Assembly: GCA_964514575.1 (NCBI GenBank)
Contig: CAZETJ010000001.1
Location: forward strand, 56,014 to 120,013
DNA length: 64,000 bases
Reading direction: 5' to 3'
From: an uncultured Candidatus Saccharibacteria bacterium
Lineage (GTDB): Bacteria > Patescibacteriota > Saccharimonadia > Saccharimonadales > UBA10212
The translations under genes and the position numbers were made by a program. Positions 48,619 to 56,573 of this stretch are shown one piece after another; within the stretch, counting starts at the first letter, position 1; every line of letters starts with the position of its first letter. The notes below the pieces were generated by a model. It did no database searches. It was not told the DNA's origin and saw nothing but the letters and a program-made list of their open reading frames with translations.

Positions 48619-48927
48619 TTATTTGGATCTAGATTGTTTATCTAGCACCCATTGCACAGACGGGCTGATTGGCTTGTCCTTGCGATGGATACAACCAATC
48701 CAACAGCATGGTCGGCGCATCCCTTCTTTGAGTTCCGAAATCACTCGCCTGACATGTTCATCCCGTGTTTTCTGTTGCTTGACTGTTATAGTCCAGCAGA
48801 TCCACTCGTTGCGTGCCAGTGGCGTGAGGTCTTCCCAACGCCCTAGAGCAGATTCGTCAGCTAGCAATGCTTTTCGTAAATCGGCTGGTAGTTTGTGCAC
48901 TACGCCTTCAGAAATTTTTGTGGCCAT
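48619..48927 (-). CDS. YdeI/OmpD-associated (OmdA, DUF1801-like) family protein
   Basis: PADLRKALLADESALGRWEDLTPLARNEWICWTITVKQQKTRDEHVRRVISELKEG fits the YdeI/OmdA family pattern. Confidence 0.55.
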   Translation of the reverse strand: MATKISEGVVHKLPADLRKALLADESALGRWEDLTPLARNEWICWTITVKQQKTRDEHVRRVISELKEGMRRPCCWIGCIHRKDKPISPSVQWVLDKQSRSK

Positions 48928-48951
48928 AGGTATATTTTATATCAGTGGGCT

Positions 48952-48990
48952 TGGCTCCCCGTAGTGATGGAAGTTAGAACTCTTATAGTC
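48952..48990. repeat. direct repeat R, copy 1 (tggctccccgtagtgatggaagttagaactcttatagtc)
   Basis: Near-identical to copy 2 at 49951-49990 (27/28 identical at the 5' end); lies immediately 3' of the MTase cassette gene on the minus strand. Confidence 0.8.
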
Positions 48991-48994
48991 CGTG

Positions 48995-49843
48995 CTAACT
49001 GACTTTTGTGGCTTTTATCATCGCCTGACAATACGGAAAAATATCTTGGTCAAATGCTATTCCACTTATTGCGTCACTGACGAAATAGTTTTCAAGTAAG
49101 GCCTTCAGGCCCGGCCTGACGTCGGGGGTTGGATGTGTAACGGACGTCGTAAGTAAGTCATTCCTCGCCATGGCATTCGTAATTTCTGGAATTGTAGCAA
49201 ACGGATACAGTTGTTTTCTTTCACCTTCCCAGGGCTCGTCTTCTACAAGATAATCAAATTTTGTGAGAAGTGTCGCTAATGTGCTTACATCGGTCACCGC
49301 ATAGCCTGGGTAGTCAAAAATAATATCTGGTTTACGAGCTGTGTATTCCGAAGCAAACTTTCTCAATAGCGCTTCGGCTCTTGCGGTATGTGAGCGTACC
49401 AAGACGGCAGAATTACCTTCTAACGGCATTGCACCATCAAACATTATTAACTGACCTCCGAGCCTCAAAACTCGAGAAACTTCATTTATTGCCTGATCAA
49501 ACTCCTCTAATCTTGTCCCTAACTCGTTGCTACTTGCGACTTCGTGGAAAACGTTAACTGCGCTTACGGCATCAAAACTTTGGTCTGGAAAAGGGATTTC
49601 TTTTACATCCCCATAGGTAAAGTTCAGAGATTTGGCAGATTCAACTCCTCTTAACACAAGCTCAGGGTTGATTTCTAAGGATACGATTTCTGCAGAGGGG
49701 TTCATTGCTTCTAACGCGCTCCCGACCCGTCCGTAGCCAGCTCCCAAGTCTAGGACTGCTGCACCAGCTTCAATACCTTGCAATGAAGCCTCTACAAATG
49801 AGCATAAAAGTTGACCAGCAATAATATTCCCAGTGTGAATCAT
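48995..49843 (-). CDS. class I SAM-dependent methyltransferase (small-molecule type)
   Basis: Motif I VLDLGAGYGRVGSAL and motif II/III (AVSAVNVFHEV…LRLGGQLIMFD); no DNA-MTase (D/N)PPY motif. Confidence 0.7.
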   Translation of the reverse strand: MIHTGNIIAGQLLCSFVEASLQGIEAGAAVLDLGAGYGRVGSALEAMNPSAEIVSLEINPELVLRGVESAKSLNFTYGDVKEIPFPDQSFDAVSAVNVFHEVASSNELGTRLEEFDQAINEVSRVLRLGGQLIMFDGAMPLEGNSAVLVRSHTARAEALLRKFASEYTARKPDIIFDYPGYAVTDVSTLATLLTKFDYLVEDEPWEGERKQLYPFATIPEITNAMARNDLLTTSVTHPTPDVRPGLKALLENYFVSDAISGIAFDQDIFPYCQAMIKATKVS

Positions 49844-49880
49844 TTAATTATTAAATAACAATGAATAAAATTAGTCAATA

Positions 49881-49895
49881 TGGCTCCGGAGGCCG
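49881..49895. repeat. 15-nt exact copy of the tRNA-Asn 3' end (tggctccggaggccg); candidate att-core duplicate
   Basis: Identical to 51313-51327; additional flanking similarity (tt[ag]gtcaata…tggctccggaggccg) at 49871 and 51301. Confidence 0.7.
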
Positions 49896-49950
49896 AGACA
49901 GCATACTGAAGACCAGTAAAAAAGCCGGACGTAAAGTCCGACTCTTTCAC

Positions 49951-49990
49951 TGGCTCCGCGTAGTGATGGAAGTTAGAAACTTATTGGTAC
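49951..49990. repeat. direct repeat R, copy 2 (tggctccgcgtagtgatggaagttagaaacttattggtac)
   Basis: See copy 1; contains the stop codon of the 432-aa ORF. Confidence 0.8.
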
Positions 49991-51271
49991 AACTAGATAC
50001 TTCTCCCAAATGGGGTCGCGGTGAGCGTAACTCTGCATATCAGAAAAGTATCTGGGGTCTTGAAAAGGATCACTTTGGTCTGTTACTTCCTTCCCCCGTA
50101 ATCTTTCTTTGGTCCCCCAAACACATATAACGTCTGTAATTGCTGATGGTTCTGGCCTTTCGTACTCATACGAACGTCTATCATGAATGCGGTACACACT
50201 TAGTTGCACGTCATACTTAGAGAGCAATTCATCAGCTCTAGAATAAACGGCGGGGCTATAAATCACTTTTTGCATGCCCATGCGCCCACCTCTAGCCGCA
50301 AAGGGGAAATCCGCCTTTTTTACTCTGGCCAACGTTTGCTTTACTACCCTTTGAGCAGCCCTTTCAACTTCTTTATCAACTGTTTCTATTTTTTTCGAAG
50401 CAGCCTCGAGATTTTGTGTGACTAGCCCGTCACGCGACTGCGTTTTGACTAGGGATTTAGGCTTGTCGCTATATCCAGAGAGAGCATCTTCTAATAAGAT
50501 CCGACAAACAGTTGCCTCATCTAAATTTGGCCTGCCTTGTATATCACCTTTTAGTTTGTCATGGCCCTCTCTACTCCTAGCAATAGTTATCAACCTACGT
50601 GCAAATGTAGAAGGACTAAAAATCCCCTTATCCCTAGTCACGCTAAAGACCTTATCCCAGCTAATACCATCCGCTGGAAACGCATATTCTTCATTTTCCT
50701 TTGCATTAACCTTAACCAGCGAGACGGATGATTGTTGAATATCACCGCTTTCTGACTCCAGGCTGACCATCCAAGTTTTTCCTGCTTTGCCTAATCCTGC
50801 ATGGGAGATAAACGGTCGCAGCCAATAGTAAGTAGTATGCCCCCATTCCGTGGTCGTGGAATGACCAATTAAATCTTTCGGATTTTCGACCATTTTTTGT
50901 TTTAGCTTTTCTGCCAATTCTTTACAAGTCTCATTTTGAGACTCAAGTATGGATAACTGCTGTTCATCTAATTCATCTGCGGGTTTGAGCCTATCATTTG
51001 CAAACCTCCAACCGGGAATTTCCTCTAACTCAACTCCTTGGTAATCATAATCACCCGTATCGACATGGTCTCCGGTCCCATACCCATGCAATGGTTCGAC
51101 CTTGGCAACAGTAAAAATGCCGTTTATAACATCGGTATGCGAAAAATCAGGGTACGTATCGTAGCCGGAATACAGGGGATCTTTAAACATAACCTTATCT
51201 CCCACTACGAATTCCGGCCCGTAAAAAAGGTGTTCTGAAGAAGGCAGATTTTCTCCAACTCGATCTATCAT
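49973..51271 (-). CDS. hypothetical 432-aa protein (possible P-loop GLGKAGKT), cassette gene next to tRNA-Asn
   Basis: Long ORF. A GxxxxGKT-type motif (HAGLGKAGKTW) and a possible hhhhDE-like segment (RILLED); no family recognised. Confidence 0.55.
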   Translation of the reverse strand: MIDRVGENLPSSEHLFYGPEFVVGDKVMFKDPLYSGYDTYPDFSHTDVINGIFTVAKVEPLHGYGTGDHVDTGDYDYQGVELEEIPGWRFANDRLKPADELDEQQLSILESQNETCKELAEKLKQKMVENPKDLIGHSTTTEWGHTTYYWLRPFISHAGLGKAGKTWMVSLESESGDIQQSSVSLVKVNAKENEEYAFPADGISWDKVFSVTRDKGIFSPSTFARRLITIARSREGHDKLKGDIQGRPNLDEATVCRILLEDALSGYSDKPKSLVKTQSRDGLVTQNLEAASKKIETVDKEVERAAQRVVKQTLARVKKADFPFAARGGRMGMQKVIYSPAVYSRADELLSKYDVQLSVYRIHDRRSYEYERPEPSAITDVICVWGTKERLRGKEVTDQSDPFQDPRYFSDMQSYAHRDPIWEKYLVVPISF

Positions 51272-51312
51272 GTGTTATATAATATAACTAAAGGAGCAAA
51301 TTGTCAATATCG

Positions 51313-51387
51313 TGGCTCCGGAGGCCGGACTCGAACCGGCAACAATCGCCTTAACAGGGCGGTGCTCTACCATTGAGCTACTCCGGA
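51313..51387 (-). tRNA. tRNA-Asn (anticodon GTT)
   Basis: The reverse complement is TCCGGAGTAGCTCAATGGTAGAGCACCGCCCTGTTAAGGCGATTGTTGCCGGTTCGAGTCCGGCCTCCGGAGCCA. Acceptor stem 7/7 paired; D-arm GCTC/GAGC; anticodon loop CTGTTAA; T-arm GCCGG-TTCGAGT-CCGGC; encoded CCA. Confidence 0.8.
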
Positions 51388-51427
51388 ATATCAGCTACAA
51401 AGATATCATACCTCCTTTGAGTTCTCT

Positions 51428-53809
51428 ATGGCGAATGGACTAAACTACCTCTTAAGAAGTAGAATAAACATAAGAATGAATGATGCCGGTGGGGACTTTG
51501 ATAAATATTTGCGCACGGCCAACTACTTGACTGCTGCTCAGATATTCTTACAAGACAACTTTCTATTGGAGCGTCCGTTAAAATTTGAGGATATCAAACC
51601 CCGACTGTTAGGACACTGGGGTTCGGGTCCCGGCGTTAATTTTGCCTACTCACATCTGAGTTATCTGGCGAAGAAACATGATCAAGAGATTTTGTTCATG
51701 CTTGGCCCCGGGCACGCCTTCCCATCATTGCAGGCAAACCTATTTTTAGAGGGCACTCTTGCCAAATATTATCCGGAAGCTAAGCCGACCTATGAGGGCA
51801 TCGGCTACATCTGCAAAAACTTCAGCTGGCCCTACGGCTTTCCTAGCCACAGCAACCCGGCCACGCCCGGTGTGATCTTAGAAGGCGGAGAACTAGGCTA
51901 CTCACTGAGCACGTCTTACGGTGCGGCGCTGGATAACCCGGGCTTGATCGTGGCTTGTTTGGTCGGTGACGGCGAAGCCGAAACCGGACCGACAGCCGGG
52001 GCTTGGCATCTGAATAAGCTGCTCAACCCGTCACGCGACGGCGTAGTTTTGCCAATCCTGCACCTCAACGGTTATAAAATTTCGGCGCCGACCATTTTTG
52101 GCCGAATGAGCGACGAAGAGCTAACAGCGCTATTTACCGGGTACGGCTATCAGCCGCGAATCGTTAGCGGCGATAACGTCCATGCCCAAATGCAGGAAGC
52201 TCTGGAATGGGCCCACGCCGAGATTCAACGCATCAGACAAATCACGCCGACCAGCTGGCAGCACCTGCCGATGATTATTATGCGGACACTCAAAGGCTGG
52301 ACTGGCGTACGCGAGCTTAACGGCCAAAAAATCGAGGGTAATTGCTTATCACATCAAGTAGTTCTAACAGAAGCCAAAACTGACGAAGGCCAACTCAAGC
52401 TGTTGGAGCAGTGGTTGGGCTCATATAAAATTAACGAGCTTTTTTCACGTACAGATGGCTTTGGTCAGTTCGTCGACCAGCTTATGCCTGAACCGGCTAA
52501 ACGTATGGGCGCCAATCCGCGAGCTCTAGGCGGACCGGCGGTGCATAAGCCGCTTAAATTACCAACCGCCGAACAGTTCGCGGAGGATTCCACCAAGCCT
52601 GGAACCATCGGTTCTTCCAGCATGCGCCGCGCCGGGCTGTATTTGAACGAAGTCATAAAGCTCAACGAGGCCGAGCATAACTTCCGGATTATGTCGCCGG
52701 ACGAGACCTATTCCAACAAGCTCGATGAAATTTTTAAATCAACCAAGCGAGCCTGGATGCTGCCGATCGAGCCGTGGGATAAAGACCTAGCGCCCGATGG
52801 CCGGGTTATGGAGATGCTATCTGAGCATAACCTGCAAGGCTTGGCTCAAGGCTACGTACTGACCGGACGCCACGCCGTGTTTGCCAGCTACGAAGCCTTC
52901 GTGCCGGTGGTCACCAGCATGATGGACCAGTACGCCAAGTTCTTAAAGCAATCGCTGGATGTGCCTTGGCGCGGCGAGATCAGCTCGTTAAACTATATTT
53001 TGACATCATCCGGTTGGCGCCAAGAGCATAACGGCTTTAGCCATCAAAATCCTGGCTTTATTGCTGATGCTTTGCGCCGGCAGGGCGACTTTGTGGATGT
53101 CTTTTTCCCGCCGGACGGCAACACGACTCTGGCGGTCCTTAACTATTGCTTGTCAGCAACCCGGCAAATAAATATTATCGTGGCCGGCAAAACGTTAGAG
53201 CCGCGCTGGTTGACGCCGGAGCTGGCAGGCAAGGCTCTGCAGTCGGGCATTATGACTTGGGATTTTGCCAGCGACGATAATCCTGATGTGGTGCTGACCG
53301 CCGCCGGCGATTATCTGACCAAAGAGGCCCTGGCGGCTATCGATTTAGCTAAGCAAGAATGGCCGGACATCCGCCTGCGCTTTGTTAATATTTTGTCACT
53401 AACTAACTGCGGCCTGGGTCGCGGCGGTATGTGTCTAACCCATGAAGGCTTTAACGATTACTTTACGCCGGACAAACCAGTAATCTGCAACTTCCATGGC
53501 TATCCGGAGACACTCAAAGCCATAGTCTTTGATTATATTGCCAGCAGCCCACAGCGGTTTTCGATTCATGGCTATATCGAAAACGGCTCGACGACCACGC
53601 CATTCGATATGCACGTCCGGAACGGCACTAGCCGCTATCACCTGCTGATCGAAGCCTTCCAGAAAGTCGCCGCTACCGGTCGCCTGCCTTATGAAGAGGC
53701 CGAGCATATCATCAAAAAATATCAGCAAAAAATCGAGGACAACACTAGCTACATTAAAGAGCACGGCGTCGATATGCCGGAGATTGAGGCATGGCAATGG
53801 ACTCGCTAG
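51428..53809 (+). CDS. xfp: xylulose-5-phosphate/fructose-6-phosphate phosphoketolase
   Basis: 793 aa; N-terminal YLRTANYLTAAQIFL…GHWGSGPG and a TPP-binding region GDGEAETGP are typical of XFP. Confidence 0.9.
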   Translation: MANGLNYLLRSRINIRMNDAGGDFDKYLRTANYLTAAQIFLQDNFLLERPLKFEDIKPRLLGHWGSGPGVNFAYSHLSYLAKKHDQEILFMLGPGHAFPSLQANLFLEGTLAKYYPEAKPTYEGIGYICKNFSWPYGFPSHSNPATPGVILEGGELGYSLSTSYGAALDNPGLIVACLVGDGEAETGPTAGAWHLNKLLNPSRDGVVLPILHLNGYKISAPTIFGRMSDEELTALFTGYGYQPRIVSGDNVHAQMQEALEWAHAEIQRIRQITPTSWQHLPMIIMRTLKGWTGVRELNGQKIEGNCLSHQVVLTEAKTDEGQLKLLEQWLGSYKINELFSRTDGFGQFVDQLMPEPAKRMGANPRALGGPAVHKPLKLPTAEQFAEDSTKPGTIGSSSMRRAGLYLNEVIKLNEAEHNFRIMSPDETYSNKLDEIFKSTKRAWMLPIEPWDKDLAPDGRVMEMLSEHNLQGLAQGYVLTGRHAVFASYEAFVPVVTSMMDQYAKFLKQSLDVPWRGEISSLNYILTSSGWRQEHNGFSHQNPGFIADALRRQGDFVDVFFPPDGNTTLAVLNYCLSATRQINIIVAGKTLEPRWLTPELAGKALQSGIMTWDFASDDNPDVVLTAAGDYLTKEALAAIDLAKQEWPDIRLRFVNILSLTNCGLGRGGMCLTHEGFNDYFTPDKPVICNFHGYPETLKAIVFDYIASSPQRFSIHGYIENGSTTTPFDMHVRNGTSRYHLLIEAFQKVAATGRLPYEEAEHIIKKYQQKIEDNTSYIKEHGVDMPEIEAWQWTR

Positions 53810-54975
53810 TCTTAGTTGCCAACCCGGGCAGCGCCAGCCGTAAATACGCCCTCTACAGGGAGGATGAGTGTCTACTAAGTTTGCACTTCGAGAAAGAGAA
53901 CAGCCGAATCATTTATAGCGGAAAGATTGCCGGAAAAGACCTGGAGCCAAGGCCGGCTGATATTTCTCATCTGACTTTTACTTCCAGTAAAATCCTCCAG
54001 TTATTGACTGAGCTGGAACTTGTAAAGTCTCCAGACGACATAGGAACAATCGCCTTTAGAGTTGTGGCGCCAGCTAAGTTTTTCCAACAAGACCGGCTCC
54101 TAAACGAAGAAGCGCTGGAGAAATTAACTAGGCTAGAGCACAATGCCTTGCTGCATATTAACGCTACTTTGCAGGAAATCTCTCAGCTGCGCCAGATCTT
54201 TCCAAAGGCTAAGCTAGTCGGAGTATCGGACAGCGCGTTTCAAGCGGATAAACCATTGGTTGCAAAAATCTACGGCTTGCCGCTAGAAATCCAGAAGGAG
54301 CTGGATATCGAACGCTTCGGCTATCACGGTCTATCGGTTGAATCTGCCGTTAACCAACTAAAGGCTGTCGGCAAACTGCCCAAGCGGTTGATAGTCTGCC
54401 ACCTCGGCAGCGGTTCTAGCGTGACGGCGGTTAAGGAGGGCAAGGCCATTGATTGCAGCATGGGTTACTCACCGCTCGAAGGATTAATTATGGCGACGCG
54501 AAGCGGCAACTTAGACGTCGCGGCCGCTCTTGGCATAAAGACGCATCTTGGCATGAATAACCGGCAATTTTTAGAATATCTGAATAGCCGGGCAGGACTA
54601 CTGGGCGTCAGTGGCAGCTCGGACGACATCAGAGAACTGTTAGCCGAAGAGCAAAAAAGTGAAACCGCCAAACTAGCCCTGGATCTTTATGTCTATAAAA
54701 TCCAACAGACAGTCGGGGCGATGGCGGCGACTCTCGGCGGCATTGACGGCTTAGTCTTCACGGCGACTGTTGGCGAACGCTCCGCCGAAATCCGTAAACG
54801 CGTTCTACACGGCTTATTATTCTTGGGCCTCAGCTTGGATCCGCACCTAAATCATCATTCCGTACAGCCTGGGGAAATAGTCCAAATCAGCCCGCCACAC
54901 CACCCAGCCAAAATTTATATTGTCCCAGCCAACGAATATTCGGTGATCGCTGCTCATGCCCAAAAGTTAACTTAA
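53791..54975 (+). CDS. ackA: acetate kinase
   Basis: N-terminus VLVANPGSASRKYALY, a FGYHGLS-type region and VCHLGSGSSV; overlaps xfp by 19 nt. Confidence 0.9.
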   Translation: MAMDSLVLVANPGSASRKYALYREDECLLSLHFEKENSRIIYSGKIAGKDLEPRPADISHLTFTSSKILQLLTELELVKSPDDIGTIAFRVVAPAKFFQQDRLLNEEALEKLTRLEHNALLHINATLQEISQLRQIFPKAKLVGVSDSAFQADKPLVAKIYGLPLEIQKELDIERFGYHGLSVESAVNQLKAVGKLPKRLIVCHLGSGSSVTAVKEGKAIDCSMGYSPLEGLIMATRSGNLDVAAALGIKTHLGMNNRQFLEYLNSRAGLLGVSGSSDDIRELLAEEQKSETAKLALDLYVYKIQQTVGAMAATLGGIDGLVFTATVGERSAEIRKRVLHGLLFLGLSLDPHLNHHSVQPGEIVQISPPHHPAKIYIVPANEYSVIAAHAQKLT

Positions 54976-55215
54976 AGCTAACTGGACTCACATGCAAAAA
55001 CCACATCAGCATTGGCTTGCTAGGGCGTGCTAACATAAAGGTATTAACAAACAAGTTTGCTGGAAGCAGGTGTGATTCCTGAACTGTGCCGCAACGGTGA
55101 TTTCCGCAAGGGATAAGTCCGATACAGCATAAGCAAGAATGCTTCCGAGCAAGAGGCCAGCTTACAAAAAGCTAAATTAACCCCTGTTTCTCGGAAGCAG
55201 GGGTTATCTTTTTGG
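54976..55215 (+). ncRNA. candidate structured RNA / 5' leader ending in an intrinsic-terminator-like hairpin
   Basis: ~240-nt non-coding stretch with long-range complementarity (gctggaagca…tgcttcc…ccagc) and a duplicated GGAAGCAGG 9-mer. It ends in the hairpin aaccccug-UUUCUCGGAAG-cagggguu followed by aucuuuuu (55179-55213). Confidence 0.3.
55179..55213 (+). terminator. Rho-independent terminator/attenuator-like stem-loop
   Basis: 8-bp GC-rich stem with an 11-nt loop, followed by a U-rich tract (atcttttt); sits directly in front of the annotated TTG start of the next ORF. Confidence 0.5.
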
Positions 55216-56573
55216 GAATATCATCCGACAATCTGTCGACCGAGCGTTTTGACAAACGCTACTACGAAAAGATTCGCCAAGCCGGTGCGCTAAGTCGCGA
55301 TATAGGCCGCGTGGCTCTAAGCGGTTCCCAGCTTGAAGAGTTGGCCGGTTACGAACGTCGGCAATATGACGAAATGGCGAGCGGGTTAGCGGAGGCCTTG
55401 CAGGGTAATGTCAGGACGCACTACACCTTCGATCTAGTTGACGGCAAATTAGTTGCCGAAGACAATCAGCCGATTGAGCAGCTTATGGAGCAGGGTATAA
55501 ACCGCGCTTATGGCCTGGCTAATCAGGACAATTTTTATAAACAGTTCGTACCGCAGCGTGCCGAACACGAACTCAACGAATTCCGTAAGCAGCAGGACAT
55601 GACTACGGGACGGACAGACTACAACACGATCATAACCTTTTCGCCTTATAGCGAAGAGTTCGACACTTCACCCGAGAGTCGCGCTAAACTGGTGGCTGCC
55701 GACCAAAAACCTTACTGGCAAAGAGCTATGGTGCGAGTGTCGCACTGGGATGGCCAAAAGCTCCATATCTATACCCGCTCGATCGACAATTCCGACGTCA
55801 GCTTACTAAAAGAAACAGCCGCGCAGACATTATTCTCCGAGCTCAAAGCTACCAATTCTACGGACATGCTCGGGGAACAAATCACGCGCAAGCTACCCGC
55901 CAAAATGTGCTCCTATTTAGCAGACGTAATTGTCGGGTCAGCCGATGAGATCTTAGCCGCTAGACATGGCGGCGAATGGCACCAAGGCCGTCCTGTCCAG
56001 GAAGCCGCCGATCTGCAAGCCTTCGTAGAGTCGCAAAGCGAAGTTGTTATGCAGCTGATCAACTCCGGGCGCCAGCTGGCTCTAGAGCATGGCGCTTTTG
56101 ATAGCTACAAACAGGCGTTCAACCAAAAAGTCTACGATTATGTCGCGTTGCTTGAAGCCAGGTTAAGTTATGCTATTCATTCGCCAATTGTCGATATTGA
56201 AGCAGCGTCCTCAGCGGCTGGGGAGCTAGCCCGGTCGGAGGGCAAGGTTTATGATATGTGCGGTTTGGTTCTTAAACCCGACAACCAGTCTCTTGTAGGC
56301 ACACAGACCGGCTTTGAGAGTTTGCTGCGCCTGCAAGGCAAAAAAATCCAATGCCCGGAATGCAGACACCAGGTCGTCGTGCAAAAATCTGAATTGGCTG
56401 CCGGAAAGCTAGCTTGCCCAGATTGTGGCTACGGTGTGGATGTTTGTACCGGGCAGCGTTTTAATAAAAAGCCAACCAAGCCAGCGGCCCAGCCAAAAAC
56501 ACCTGGCTTCGTAGAACTATTAACTCAAGCGCTGAGCGAGCACGCCCGGCAACCCAAATCCGCTAAGACTTAA
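55212..56573 (+). CDS. hypothetical protein with C-terminal CxxC…CxxC zinc-ribbon
   Basis: Long ORF (453 aa from the TTG at 55212; the true start is uncertain and probably downstream of the terminator). C-terminal CPECRHQ…CPDCGY zinc-ribbon. Confidence 0.5.
   Translation: MGISSDNLSTERFDKRYYEKIRQAGALSRDIGRVALSGSQLEELAGYERRQYDEMASGLAEALQGNVRTHYTFDLVDGKLVAEDNQPIEQLMEQGINRAYGLANQDNFYKQFVPQRAEHELNEFRKQQDMTTGRTDYNTIITFSPYSEEFDTSPESRAKLVAADQKPYWQRAMVRVSHWDGQKLHIYTRSIDNSDVSLLKETAAQTLFSELKATNSTDMLGEQITRKLPAKMCSYLADVIVGSADEILAARHGGEWHQGRPVQEAADLQAFVESQSEVVMQLINSGRQLALEHGAFDSYKQAFNQKVYDYVALLEARLSYAIHSPIVDIEAASSAAGELARSEGKVYDMCGLVLKPDNQSLVGTQTGFESLLRLQGKKIQCPECRHQVVVQKSELAAGKLACPDCGYGVDVCTGQRFNKKPTKPAAQPKTPGFVELLTQALSEHARQPKSAKT

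Noticed and set aside
48952-49990. Integron (intI + attC cassette array) interpretation of the tRNA-adjacent cassettes
   Set aside because: No IntI-like tyrosine recombinase or attI is present. The repeats do not show the R''-L''/L'-R' imperfect palindrome I would expect of attC. I kept it as an unexplained repeat-bounded cassette structure instead.
49861-50130. 89-aa plus-strand ORF spanning the cassette junction
   Set aside because: It overlaps the repeat/att-like sequences and the 3' end of the 432-aa gene on the opposite strand, with no protein features. It is likely spurious.
54976-55215. Assigning the non-coding stretch to RNase P RNA, SRP RNA, 6S RNA or tmRNA
   Set aside because: It is too short for RNase P or tmRNA. 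The SRP helix-8 resemblance is limited to a GGAAGCAG 8-mer. I could not reproduce a convincing conserved secondary structure by eye, so I left it as an unclassified candidate RNA/leader.
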